A stretch of 59,192 bases of DNA, the filler included. It is 7 parts of 7 records of this genome, joined end to end, with 100 filler letters (N's around TTAATTAATTAA, not from the genome) between each part and the next. Parts side by side here need not be neighbours in the genome. Positions count along the whole stretch, not along the records: positions 44,991 to 52,031 come from DRR723986_21336; positions 52,132 to 59,192 come from DRR723986_21342; 5 more parts are not named here. One strand, 5' to 3'. The position numbers and the translations under genes were made by a program. The notes beneath the pieces were generated by a model that saw nothing but the letters and a program-made list of their open reading frames with translations, did no database searches and was not told the DNA's origin. Positions 50,463 to 59,192 of this stretch are shown piece after piece (the stretch's first letter is position 1; the number at the start of each line of letters is the position of its first letter).

Positions 50463-51410
50463 TCAAAGCGGCGGAATATCTTCGACAGGGATGATCGTCA
50501 GCGAATCCGTCACGTAATCCGTTTTTGTGATTTCGGATAGAATCCAGTCTCGAAAAGCTTTGATTTGCGGGCGGTCTTCGGTGCCGAGCGTGCAGATGAA
50601 GCGGAAATGCGCCTTGGTTTCCAGTGCAAGGGCGTAAGGGGCCACGAGCTTGCCTTCGTGTAGGTCTTTGACAACCATCGCGCGCCGCCCCAATGCTACT
50701 CCTGCACCCGCACCTGCTGCATCGACTGCATGGTCCGCCTGACTAAAGTGAGAGCCATGCGTAGGGGTGAAATCAAGACCCGCAGCACGAAACCAAGTGG
50801 TCCAATCGCAGGGTGGGTCCAGAAAATCGACCGAATGATCAAAGAGCAGAGGGGCATCGCGCAAGCTGTCTGGAGTTGGATACCGGTTCGCCATTTCGGG
50901 GCTCATGACCGGCGTGATCCATTCCCGGCGCAGAGGGAGGGCATACAGACCCTCGTCAGGCCCATAACCAAACCGGATGGCAACATCGACTTCGTCCCTA
51001 GCAAAATCCATTAAACGCAACGTGGCCGAGAACCTCAGATCAATCTCGGGAAAGCTGCGCGCGAATTCATACAGGCGCGGCGCAAGCCATTTGGCCGTAA
51101 AGGCCGGGCCGGCTGTGACGTTGAGTGTCGTATTGTCCTGCAAGCGACGTGCAGATTGCCAAGCCGCCGCCAGAGTTTGAAACCCCTCAGTGGCCCCGGG
51201 TGCAAGTATGCGTCCGGCTTCGGTCAATTCAACGGCGCGGTTTAACCGGTGGAATAAGGGTGCGCCCAAGTGTTCTTCGAGAGATTTGATCTGAAATGAA
51301 AGGGCGGCAGGGGTGACGTTTAGTTCAGCAGCGGCTTTTGCAAACGACATGTGTCGCGCTGCGGAGTCAAACGCGCGCAAGGCGGTCAGAGGGGGAAGGC
51401 GAAGAGACAT
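50463..51410 (-). CDS. LysR regulator (GcvA-like)
   Basis: LPPLTALRAF..AARH.SF..AA.EL.VT..A HTH; WLAPRL, DVAIRFG; ATG 51410. Confidence 0.92.
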   Translation of the reverse strand: MSLRLPPLTALRAFDSAARHMSFAKAAAELNVTPAALSFQIKSLEEHLGAPLFHRLNRAVELTEAGRILAPGATEGFQTLAAAWQSARRLQDNTTLNVTAGPAFTAKWLAPRLYEFARSFPEIDLRFSATLRLMDFARDEVDVAIRFGYGPDEGLYALPLRREWITPVMSPEMANRYPTPDSLRDAPLLFDHSVDFLDPPCDWTTWFRAAGLDFTPTHGSHFSQADHAVDAAGAGAGVALGRRAMVVKDLHEGKLVAPYALALETKAHFRFICTLGTEDRPQIKAFRDWILSEITKTDYVTDSLTIIPVEDIPPL

Positions 51411-51523
51411 GTCAGTTAAGTAATACTTTATTGAACCATTGAAAAGTCTCGTTTGTAGCATCGCATACGTTTGGCCATATTGGGTTCAAGGTCAAAATAT
51501 ATAACCTGATGAAGGAGCTTGAG

Positions 51524-51634
51524 ATGATTGAAGCAACCACCAATCCAGCCGCACAGCGTGCATTCAAACGGGCCCATCAGGAGCGCGCCGTGTTTGTCAA
51601 AACAGCATGGCAATGGCTATTCGGTTCCCGCTGA
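51524..51634 (+). CDS. 36-aa small protein divergent from the LysR gene
   Basis: AAGGAG RBS; MIEATTNPAAQRAFKRAHQERAVFVKTAWQWLFGSR*; followed by a strong hairpin. Confidence 0.7.
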   Translation: MIEATTNPAAQRAFKRAHQERAVFVKTAWQWLFGSR

Positions 51635-51663
51635 TCGCAGCGCGCGCGTTCTTACGGGATACG

Positions 51664-51696
51664 AAAAGGGGCCGATCCTACAAAAGGATCGGCCCC
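51664..51696. terminator. Intrinsic terminator between the small gene and phbB
   Basis: AAAA-GGGGCCGATCCT-ACAAA-AGGATCGGCCCC. Confidence 0.85.
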
Positions 51697-51721
51697 AACT
51701 GTTTAAGTCTGTGTTCGTCAA

Positions 51722-52030
51722 TTAGACGAAGAACTGAGCGCCGTTTGCCGAGATGGTCGAGCCATTGATAAAGCCCGAGTCGTCGGATGCCAGGAAGGCA
51801 ACGCAGCGTGCGATTTCTTCGGGCTCACCCAAACGGCCAGTTGGGATTTGTGCGATGATCGAATCGCGCACTTTTTCTGGAACGGCCATAACCATATCGG
51901 TGCCGATATAGCCGGGGCAGATCGCGTTGGCGGTGATGCCTGCGCGCGCGCCTTCTTGTGCCAGAGATTTCACGATGCCAAGGTCGCCCGCTTTGGTCGC
52001 AGCATAGTTCACCTGAGCGAACTGGCCTTT
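51722..52030 (-). CDS. phbB: Acetoacetyl-CoA reductase, C-terminal part
   Basis: NYAATKAG (YxxxK), ICPGYIGTDMV, GSTISANG. Confidence 0.9.
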   Translation of the reverse strand, partial: KGQFAQVNYAATKAGDLGIVKSLAQEGARAGITANAICPGYIGTDMVMAVPEKVRDSIIAQIPTGRLGEPEEIARCVAFLASDDSGFINGSTISANGAQFFV

Positions 52031-52031
52031 C

Positions 52032-52131
52032 NNNNNNNNNNNNNNNNNNNNNNNNNNNNNNNNNNNNNNNNNNNNTTAATTAATTAANNNNNNNNNNNNN
52101 NNNNNNNNNNNNNNNNNNNNNNNNNNNNNNN
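52032..52131. other. Artificial contig spacer
   Basis: N-run + TTAATTAATTAA + N-run. Confidence 0.98.
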
Positions 52132-52193
52132 TGAATGCGAGACTCACTCCCAAGAATCGAGACTCTCAACTGCACAAGTCTCTGTATATGATT

Positions 52194-52673
52194 CTACATC
52201 TCACCCAGCAGCCCCAACTGTCCCACGTGATACTGCTGGTGCAGAACCCAGTTTATGAGCACATTTTCCTTGGTCTTAAAGAAATCATCTTCGACTTTGC
52301 CCTGCACCTGGTGGTGTGGACTGTCCAGGTCAGCATCGCTGAGCTGCTGGTAGAGCCTGTCGGTTTGTGCACAGACTTTGCTCCAATCCGCTCTGAGCTG
52401 CTCCAGGCTCGGAAAGTCCGCCACTGAGTCTGTAGGTGTGCCGCGCTTAAACTGTTTCTGGTAATCCGCGAACAAACACTCACCTTCTTCCAGATAAAGC
52501 GCCAGGTCATCGTCACAGGCAATCAAATGTCCAAGTATCCAGATGCCGGTGTTGCCGCCGGGGCGCACCGTTTGCTGCATCTGTTCGGGCGTGACGCGTC
52601 CCAGATAGTGATCAATCCAGAAACGCAGAGCTTTGTGCATGTTGTAATAGGCTTCAACTTTGGGGCCTTGCAT
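52194..52673 (-). CDS. DinB-like protein
   Basis: NT..WILGHL and H..YHVGQL metal-binding His motifs. Confidence 0.85.
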   Translation of the reverse strand: MQGPKVEAYYNMHKALRFWIDHYLGRVTPEQMQQTVRPGGNTGIWILGHLIACDDDLALYLEEGECLFADYQKQFKRGTPTDSVADFPSLEQLRADWSKVCAQTDRLYQQLSDADLDSPHHQVQGKVEDDFFKTKENVLINWVLHQQYHVGQLGLLGEM

Positions 52674-52724
52674 TGTTTAAGTCCTGGGTTTAGTTGTTCG
52701 GTGTATAAAATTACGATTGCCAAC

Positions 52725-53090
52725 TCAAAGCAGTTGTTTAAGTCTGTTCGGTTCCCAAACGGCCAGAATGTTAAACACAAGAATTCCGATTGCCATGGGC
52801 GTGCCTTCGGGCATAATTGAAATGTGAAAAGCCAGAATGCCAATGCTCAGCGGCAGGTTCAGGAGTGCGGCCACAAACCGAAATCGCGGGATCAACAGCA
52901 GCACACCAATTACGAGATGACTGAGCGCAACCCACAGCATCGTGCCGCCTTCACGCATCAGCGTCAGAACTTCCATGCCCGCCGATGGTGCGGCTTCCGG
53001 CGGCGGAATAAAATTGCCAAAATAGTTGGCACCAAAAATCAGCAGAGGCAATGCCAGCAGAATAGCCGCAATTAATCGAAGAATCTTCAT
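52725..53090 (-). CDS. DoxX-like membrane protein
   Basis: Four TM segments; GVLLL.P, P...GILAFH; ATG 53090. Confidence 0.75.
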   Translation of the reverse strand: MKILRLIAAILLALPLLIFGANYFGNFIPPPEAAPSAGMEVLTLMREGGTMLWVALSHLVIGVLLLIPRFRFVAALLNLPLSIGILAFHISIMPEGTPMAIGILVFNILAVWEPNRLKQLL

Positions 53091-53233
53091 GGTTAAAGTC
53101 CAATAAATTGTATGGCAGAGTCTGAATGCAGTTGGCAAATAATAACAATTTTTGTGGCCGAGAGCAAAAATCGCGACAAGTGCCGCAGCCGGCGCGTTAG
53201 GGCGCAACTTGTCTTATTATGACTGATGATGTT

Positions 53234-53430
53234 CTTGCGACTGATGCCGGACTTGAGACTGCTCTCGGACTTAGGACTGATAGCGACCTTGTGAGAGATC
53301 CTGGCTTGGGATTGATCTCGGACTTGGGACTAATTTCAAACTTGGGACTGATGCTGGTCTTGGGATTGATCTCGGACTGGCAGTTGATTTCAGACTGGCG
53401 ACTTGTTCCGGGCTTTGGACTGATGCCAGG
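53234..53430. repeat. Degenerate 18-bp tandem repeat array, 11 units
   Basis: Consensus CTTGGGACTGAT(N6); units at 53234, 53252, 53270, 53288 (17 bp), 53305, 53323, 53341, 53359, 53377, 53395, 53413. Confidence 0.85.
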
Positions 53431-53729
53431 TACTCGGCTCGACACTTAACAAATTGCAGCTGCAACTGCACACTCAAATGTTGAGCGAATTGGGGCAGGC
53501 TCAGTGAAGCCTGCATTCTACTTCAACAACTAACAAGAAACTCAAAAAGAGCCAGCCACAAAAGCACGGAGTGCGGGGGCGCAGCGCTCATAGTCAAAAC
53601 AATGCATTCAGGCCGAACATGTTAAGTCCGGAACAAAAAACCACGGTCAAAATTTCCCGGTCACGAAATGCATCTGACGCGAAGTAGTGTTAACACTTAA
53701 ACCGCCCAGGTAAACAGATGAATTGAAGT

Positions 53730-54749
53730 TTAACGGTTGCGTCGGCGTGTGCGGTAACGCTGGACAGCGCGGTCATGTTCCAGTTTGGTTTTGGAGAAAT
53801 CGTGTGTGCCGCTGCCATCGGCGAGTGCTACAAAGTAATAGTACTTGTGCTCCTCCGGAAACAGTGCAGCTTCAAGCGAAGCCTTGCCTGGCGAATTAAT
53901 CGGTCCCGGCGGCAGGCCCGCGAAACGGTAGGTATTATAGGGATTGTCGATTTCCAGGTCCACATACAAAAGACGGCGGCGCACCGCTCCCAGCGCAAAC
54001 TGCACAGTGGGGTCGGCCTGCAGCAGCATTCCAATCTTCAGGCGATTGTGATACACACCGCTGACGCGCTTTTTCTCACTATCAACCGGCGTTTCCGCTT
54101 CAATAATAGATGCCAGAGTTGTGACTTCGTGGCGCGTCATATCGATCTCACGTGCACGTGCCAGCATCGGCTCAGTCCAGAACTCAGCGTGATGCCCCAC
54201 CAGTTTTTCGAGAACGGTGCGTGCGGACGAAGACTGGTAGAAATTATAGGTGTCGGGCATTAAATACCCCTCGACGTCCTTGCCTTTAGACTCAACGCTC
54301 GCCAGCAGTTTACCAAGAGTGTCGGCAGTAGCCAGCCCCACGAATTGTGCCGAATCGACAAGTCCGGAACGTGCCAGTGTCGATGCCGTCCGTGCAATCG
54401 TCAATCCCTCCGGAATTGTGACATTTACGGTTGCCGCCTGCCCACTTTTGCGGAACAGGGAACGCAGGGCTTCAAACTGCGTCTGATCGCGGCGCACTAC
54501 AAATCGCCCGCGGTTGAGCAGATTGCCGCTGAAACGCGTATAGAGGTTGAGCGTCACATGTGCTGCCGGCGGCCAGGTAAGCAGGCCTTTTTCGGCAAAC
54601 AGATCAACGGCGTCGCTGGTAGTCGCTCCGGCCGGAATCTCGATTTCAACCTGTTCGGTGCCGAGCTGCAAGGGCTGGTACATGGGCCAGAGAATTGCGC
54701 CTGCACTAATAATCATCAATAAAAACAGAATCCAGAACAGTCGCTTCAT
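53730..54749 (-). CDS. mltG: Endolytic transglycosylase
   Basis: VTIPEG, EGYLMPDTY, LASIIEAE, LQADPTV, YNTY..GLPPGPI.SPG. Confidence 0.93.
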   Translation of the reverse strand: MKRLFWILFLLMIISAGAILWPMYQPLQLGTEQVEIEIPAGATTSDAVDLFAEKGLLTWPPAAHVTLNLYTRFSGNLLNRGRFVVRRDQTQFEALRSLFRKSGQAATVNVTIPEGLTIARTASTLARSGLVDSAQFVGLATADTLGKLLASVESKGKDVEGYLMPDTYNFYQSSSARTVLEKLVGHHAEFWTEPMLARAREIDMTRHEVTTLASIIEAETPVDSEKKRVSGVYHNRLKIGMLLQADPTVQFALGAVRRRLLYVDLEIDNPYNTYRFAGLPPGPINSPGKASLEAALFPEEHKYYYFVALADGSGTHDFSKTKLEHDRAVQRYRTRRRNR

Positions 54750-55097
54750 AACATGCTATCTAACGCGAAATATGTATCGCAGAATTGATTGCGGAACAAA
54801 TATGTAGACAGAATGCAGAAAGAATTGCGCCGAACATTAATCGGTGGCCAGTTCAGCCTCCGATTGGGAATTGGCCTGCAATTGGGACATGGATGCAGGC
54901 GTTCAGGCCCTTTCCAGGCGTCTGCTTTCGACAAAAGAGTCAACAAAATCACGATTTCACAAATAATTTGCCAGATTATGAACAATTTTTAATACGAATT
55001 ACACCCTGAATCCGTATCTTTGCAAGTCTATACACATCGTGCTATAAAACCAGTTGTCGCATACGAATTCTCCCGAAATCAGGAAGGTTTGATCGTT

Positions 55098-56381
55098 ATG
55101 GATTTGTTACGGGGTAAACTCGAGGAACAGCTTGGCGCTCTTCGCGCAGAACGGAAAACACTGGGCCAGGAGTCCGGTACAGTTAAACTCGGAGACGTGA
55201 ATGCCGGCCATGTACTTGGCGGTATGCGCGGTCTGACCGGATTACTTTGCGACACATCAACTGTAACGCCTACCGAAGGCCTCGCAATCCGTAATACGCC
55301 GATCCTGGATTTAACAAAGGGCGGTCCCGAAGAAACTTTTTACCTGCTACTAACGGGCGAACGCCCTGATGAAGCTGCGTTGTCTGAACTGAAAGGTGCA
55401 TTCCGGGCGCACTCATCAGTACCTCACTATGTATGGAACGTGCTAGAAGCCATGCCGGCCGACTCCCACCCGATGGTGATGTTGAGCACCGCCCTCATGA
55501 CCATGGAACGTGAGTCGCAGTTCCGCGCGGCTTACGACGCCGGCACTGCCAAAGACCAACTTTGGCACAGTATGTTGGCAGACTGTCTCCTGCTGATCTC
55601 CCGCATCAGCACGGTAGCAGCCGGCATTTACCGCATGAAGTTTAACAAAGGCGAGCGCATCGCGCCACGCGAAGACCTCGACTGGTCCGGCAACTTTGCC
55701 TACATGTTGGGCCTCTCCGACGGCAAGGACCAGTTTGCCGACCTGATCCGCATGTACATGGTACTGCACAGTGACCACGGTGGCGGTAATGTGAGCGCAA
55801 TGACGGCCCACACGGTCGGCTCAGCCCTCAGTGATGTATTCTACGCTCTCAGCGCGGGCCTCAACGGCCTGGCAGGTCCACTGCACGGACTTGCAAATCA
55901 GGAATGCCTCAAGTTTGTTCTCTCGATCCACGAGCGCTACAATGGCGTGCCGACGGACGAAGAGATGACGGCATTTGTATGGGAACGCCTGAACAACCGC
56001 CAGGTGATTCCAGGCTTTGGCCACGCCGTACTGCGCGTGACCGACCCACGTTTTACAGCCTTCCACAACTTTGGAAACGCCAACTGCGCTGACGATGAAG
56101 TCTTCCAGGTTGTAGACAAAATGTTTAAGATCGTTCCCAAGGTTCTTCAGGAACATGGTAAAGCGACGAATCCGTGGCCAAATGTTGATGCAGCCAGCGG
56201 TTCGCTGTTGTATCACTACGGTTTGAAGGAATTTGAATTCTACACGGTGATGTTTGGTGTGTCCCGCGCACTTGGCATCTGCTCGCAAATCATCCTGAAC
56301 CGCGCGCTGCTTTCGCCGATCGTACGCCCTAAAGCGATTACGACTTCTAAACTGAAAGAAATGATTGGCGCCAACTCATAA
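55098..56381 (+). CDS. Citrate synthase, eukaryote-like (type I)
   Basis: GGMRG, GLNGLAGPLHGLANQE, IPGFGHAVLR..DPR, NPWPNVDA; ATG 55098 after GGAAGG. Confidence 0.9.
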   Translation: MDLLRGKLEEQLGALRAERKTLGQESGTVKLGDVNAGHVLGGMRGLTGLLCDTSTVTPTEGLAIRNTPILDLTKGGPEETFYLLLTGERPDEAALSELKGAFRAHSSVPHYVWNVLEAMPADSHPMVMLSTALMTMERESQFRAAYDAGTAKDQLWHSMLADCLLLISRISTVAAGIYRMKFNKGERIAPREDLDWSGNFAYMLGLSDGKDQFADLIRMYMVLHSDHGGGNVSAMTAHTVGSALSDVFYALSAGLNGLAGPLHGLANQECLKFVLSIHERYNGVPTDEEMTAFVWERLNNRQVIPGFGHAVLRVTDPRFTAFHNFGNANCADDEVFQVVDKMFKIVPKVLQEHGKATNPWPNVDAASGSLLYHYGLKEFEFYTVMFGVSRALGICSQIILNRALLSPIVRPKAITTSKLKEMIGANS

Positions 56382-56410
56382 GTGCACATCATTTCCGCGC
56401 ATACTGAAAT

Positions 56411-56446
56411 AAAAAAAGCTCCATACCGAAGTATGGAGCTTTCTTT
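56411..56446. terminator. Bidirectional terminator
   Basis: AAAAAAAGCTCCATAC-CGAA-GTATGGAGCTTTCTTT. Confidence 0.88.
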
Positions 56447-56448
56447 GT

Positions 56449-56525
56449 TGGTGGACCCTACTGGATTCGAACCAGCGACCTCCACGATGTCAACGTGGCG
56501 CTCTAACCAACTGAGCTAAAGGTCC
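56449..56525 (-). tRNA. tRNA-Val(GAC)
   Basis: Cloverleaf with CCACG-TTGACAT-CGTGG anticodon arm, GCTGG-TTCGAAT-CCAGT T arm, CCA end. Confidence 0.95.
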
Positions 56526-56649
56526 GTCAGAAATTCAAGGCTGCAAATATACAGCAGCTACTTGGACGGCGCAACAGTTTTCTTGCGTGTTTTGATTTCG
56601 AATCAATTTTTCTTGTCAACATTCACATTCACTTGCTGAGCTTACGGAT

Positions 56650-58791
56650 ATGATGGTTGAACTTCTCATCCTGGGACTTGGAGTTATTGCTCTCCTCGTT
56701 GCACTGGTTTACTCACGACAGGTTAACTCGATTTCGATCGAGGAAGGCGCTGCTTCCGCCGAGGAAGTCAGCAAGCTAAAGGAAATTTCCGGAGCAATCG
56801 CCGACGGCGCGATGGCTTTCCTTAATCGCGAGTACAAAATTCTGGCAATCTACATGGTTGCATTTGCCGTTGTCATTCTCTTTACCATTAGCGATCATTC
56901 GGGGCAAGGTGTGCCGATTGGACCGTATTCAGCCATCAGTTTTCTGATCGGTGCTGCAATTTCGGTCATCTCCGGTTACATCGGAATGAAAATCGCGACG
57001 GTAGGCAACGTGCGTACGGCTACCGCCGCGCGAATCTCTCTGAGCAAATCGTTTAACATCGCCTTCCGTTCCGGTGCCGTTATGGGCTTTGGTCTTACGG
57101 GTCTGGCCGTTGTTGGCCTGGTAGTTGTCTACCTGGGAATCGACATGCTCATTCCTGCGGCGCTCACCGGACGTGAAGCCATCGTTATGGAAATTCTCTC
57201 CGGCTTCGGCCTCGGTGGTTCCTCCGTTGCACTCTTCGGACGTGTTGGCGGTGGTATCTACACCAAAGCGGCTGACGTTGGTGCTGACCTTGTAGGTAAA
57301 GTTGAAGCCGGTATCCCCGAAGATGATCCGCGCAACCCCGCTGTGATTGCCGATAACGTTGGTGACAACGTTGGTGATATCGCTGGTATGGGTGCCGACC
57401 TCTTTGGTTCCGTAGCTGAAAGTACCTGCGCAGCACTCGTAATTGGTGCCACGGCATTTGCTCTGGCACCGGAAGACATTCGCGTTTATGCGCTGCTCTT
57501 CCCTATCCTGCTCAGCGGTGTTGGTATTGTTGCCAGCCTGATTTCAATGTTCTTCGTCCGTCCCAAAACGGAAGAAAAGGTTGAAGGTCAGCTCAAAAAT
57601 GCACTGACGATCTCGACGCTACTCATGCTCGCAGCTGTTTATCCGTTGACGAACATGATGATTCCAGCCGAGTTTACGCTCCTCGAAGGCGGTACCGTCT
57701 TTACAAGTATGGGTGTGTTCTTTAGTATCGCCGCAGGTTTGATTTCCGGTCTCCTGATCGGTCTTGTTACGGAATACTACACTTCACATCGCTACTCTCC
57801 GGTACGCGAGGTGGCCAAAGCTTCCGAAACCGGCGCTGCTACGAACATCATTTACGGTCTCTCACTCGGTTACAACTCCGCCGTGCTGCCGATGGTCCTG
57901 ATTGCAATTACCGTTGTGATTGGCTTTACACAAGCCGGCATGTACGGAATTGCAATGGCCGCAATTGGTATGCTTGGCACGATTGCCGTTGGCCTGACGA
58001 TCGACGCATATGGCCCGGTTGCTGATAACGCCGGTGGTATTGCCGAAATGGCTGAAATGGGTGCCGATATCCGCAAGCGCACTGACGCTCTGGATGCTGC
58101 CGGAAACACAACTGCCGCTATCGGTAAAGGTTTTGCAATCGGTTCAGCTGCGCTCACATCGCTGGCGCTTACCGCAGCATTCCTGACTTCGGCCAAGGTT
58201 CTGACGATTGACATGCTCGATCCGATTGTCCTCTCCGGCCTCCTGGTTGGTGCCGCTCTGCCATTCGCATTCTCAGCTATGACGATGCGTTCGGTTGGTC
58301 TGGCCGCTCTGGCCATGATCGAAGAAGTCCGCCGCCAATTCAAAGAACGCCCAGGCATCCTCAAAGGCACGGAAAAAGCCGACTATGCGCGTTGTGTTGA
58401 TATCTCCACGCAGTCCTCACTGCGCGAGATGATCGCTCCGGGTATGCTCGTAATCCTTTCGCCGCTCGTTTTTGGATTCCTCTTCGGTGTTCAAATGCTC
58501 GCCGGTCTTCTGATTGGCGCTCTCATCAGCGGTGTGATGTTGGCCGTCTCGATGGCTAACTCCGGTGGTGCATGGGATAATGCCAAGAAGTATATCGAAA
58601 CTGGCGCCCACGGTGGTAAAGGTTCAGATCCACACAAAGCTGCTGTTGTCGGCGATACGGTCGGTGATCCTTTCAAGGATACTTCCGGTCCGGCGCTCAA
58701 CATCCTCATCAAACTGATGGCTATCATCAGTCTGGTATTTGTTCCGTTCTTCACGGAATACGGTGGTGTTGTCACTAACATGTTCAAATGA
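56650..58791 (+). CDS. hppA: Membrane-bound ion-translocating pyrophosphatase, K+-dependent type
   Basis: [64 protein letters not shown]. Confidence 0.95.
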   Translation: MMVELLILGLGVIALLVALVYSRQVNSISIEEGAASAEEVSKLKEISGAIADGAMAFLNREYKILAIYMVAFAVVILFTISDHSGQGVPIGPYSAISFLIGAAISVISGYIGMKIATVGNVRTATAARISLSKSFNIAFRSGAVMGFGLTGLAVVGLVVVYLGIDMLIPAALTGREAIVMEILSGFGLGGSSVALFGRVGGGIYTKAADVGADLVGKVEAGIPEDDPRNPAVIADNVGDNVGDIAGMGADLFGSVAESTCAALVIGATAFALAPEDIRVYALLFPILLSGVGIVASLISMFFVRPKTEEKVEGQLKNALTISTLLMLAAVYPLTNMMIPAEFTLLEGGTVFTSMGVFFSIAAGLISGLLIGLVTEYYTSHRYSPVREVAKASETGAATNIIYGLSLGYNSAVLPMVLIAITVVIGFTQAGMYGIAMAAIGMLGTIAVGLTIDAYGPVADNAGGIAEMAEMGADIRKRTDALDAAGNTTAAIGKGFAIGSAALTSLALTAAFLTSAKVLTIDMLDPIVLSGLLVGAALPFAFSAMTMRSVGLAALAMIEEVRRQFKERPGILKGTEKADYARCVDISTQSSLREMIAPGMLVILSPLVFGFLFGVQMLAGLLIGALISGVMLAVSMANSGGAWDNAKKYIETGAHGGKGSDPHKAAVVGDTVGDPFKDTSGPALNILIKLMAIISLVFVPFFTEYGGVVTNMFK

Positions 58792-58851
58792 TCCACCTTC
58801 GCGTGTGATTTCAGCAATATGTTGCCTGCGGGCATGACAAGTGATTTCTAC

Positions 58852-58890
58852 GGGGGCCGCGTTCACATCGAGCGCGGTCCCTTTGTGTTT
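58852..58890 (+). terminator. Probable terminator after hppA
   Basis: GGGGGCCGCGTTC-ACATC-GAGCGCGGTCCC then TTTGTGTTT. Confidence 0.65.
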
Positions 58891-59012
58891 AAAATAGTTT
58901 TTAGTAATCGCGCGTATGGCCTGTTGTAGTTCATAGTCCTGGAACGGCGCTTTGAGCCCTGCGCTCCACTTCCAGTGTCGTTTTGGTCTCAGGCTTGGGG
59001 TTTATTCTTGTT

Positions 59013-59080
59013 AGTCGCGCAGCCACAAGCCGCCAGTCGCTAAGAAAGTCACGAGTCGCCGAGACTCCAGCCGCCAGTCC
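59013..59080. repeat. Degenerate heptamer repeats AGYCRCN
   Basis: AGTCGCG, AGCCACA, AGCCGCC, AGTCGCT, AGTCACG, AGTCGCC, AGACTCC, AGCCGCC. Confidence 0.6.
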
Positions 59081-59192
59081 TCTGCCCCCTGTCCCAATTC
59101 TTGCAGACTTCCGAATCCAGATTCAGCACAAAAACAGATGTTCGCAGCGCCAAAACGTGCGCGACATAGTCTCCGAGCCTGGGGCCTGCAAC

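Noticed and set aside
53197-53516. Short repeat-peptide ORFs, or a CRISPR array, over the 18-bp repeats
   Set aside because: Open frames are expected in a stop-poor tandem repeat, the phase breaks at the 17-bp unit, and 6-nt variable parts are far too short for spacers

Overview
The window is not one locus. It is seven unrelated fragments joined by six artificial 100-nt spacers (N-run + TTAATTAATTAA + N-run), probably from at least three organisms. (1) 1-6951, Rhodobacteraceae-like core genes: guaA end, EthD, DMT, P-loop protein, metA, hydrolase, ppk2, TetR, FkbM, rpsI end. (2) 7052-16327, surface locus: two RTX Ca-binding proteins (one frameshifted), kpsTE/kpsM, GT2, fcl. (3) 16428-23951, suf operon, tRNA-Arg(CCG), a MocR regulator and a decayed P4-type integrative element bounded by tRNA-Ser 3' copies. 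(4) 24052-30332, AT-rich accessory island. It carries an Ssp-like DNA phosphorothioation module (DUF4007 + ATPase, divergent cysteine desulfurase). Its promoter holds twin palindromes around a possible LexA box. It also holds an ORF-less 200-bp element bounded by perfect 22-bp inverted repeats and an unannotated HUH Rep-like gene. (5) 30433-44890, high-GC gammaproteobacterial (Halieaceae-like) region: TRAP, uvrD, HexR/RccR, SPOR, glmS, glmU, atpC, atpD. A TrmB regulator with two TGTCA-N9-TGACA sites is inserted divergently from glmU. (6) 44991-52031, Rhodobacteraceae ETF-QO/ispE/ispB/LysR/phbB region with an unannotated 36-aa gene. (7) 52132-59192, a different lineage: mltG, eukaryote-type citrate synthase, tRNA-Val(GAC), plant-type H+-PPase and short tandem repeats. 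Fragment 4 and the TrmB-glmUS module are the best candidates for undescribed biology. All calls come from reading motifs by eye; no searches were run, and taxonomic labels are inferences.
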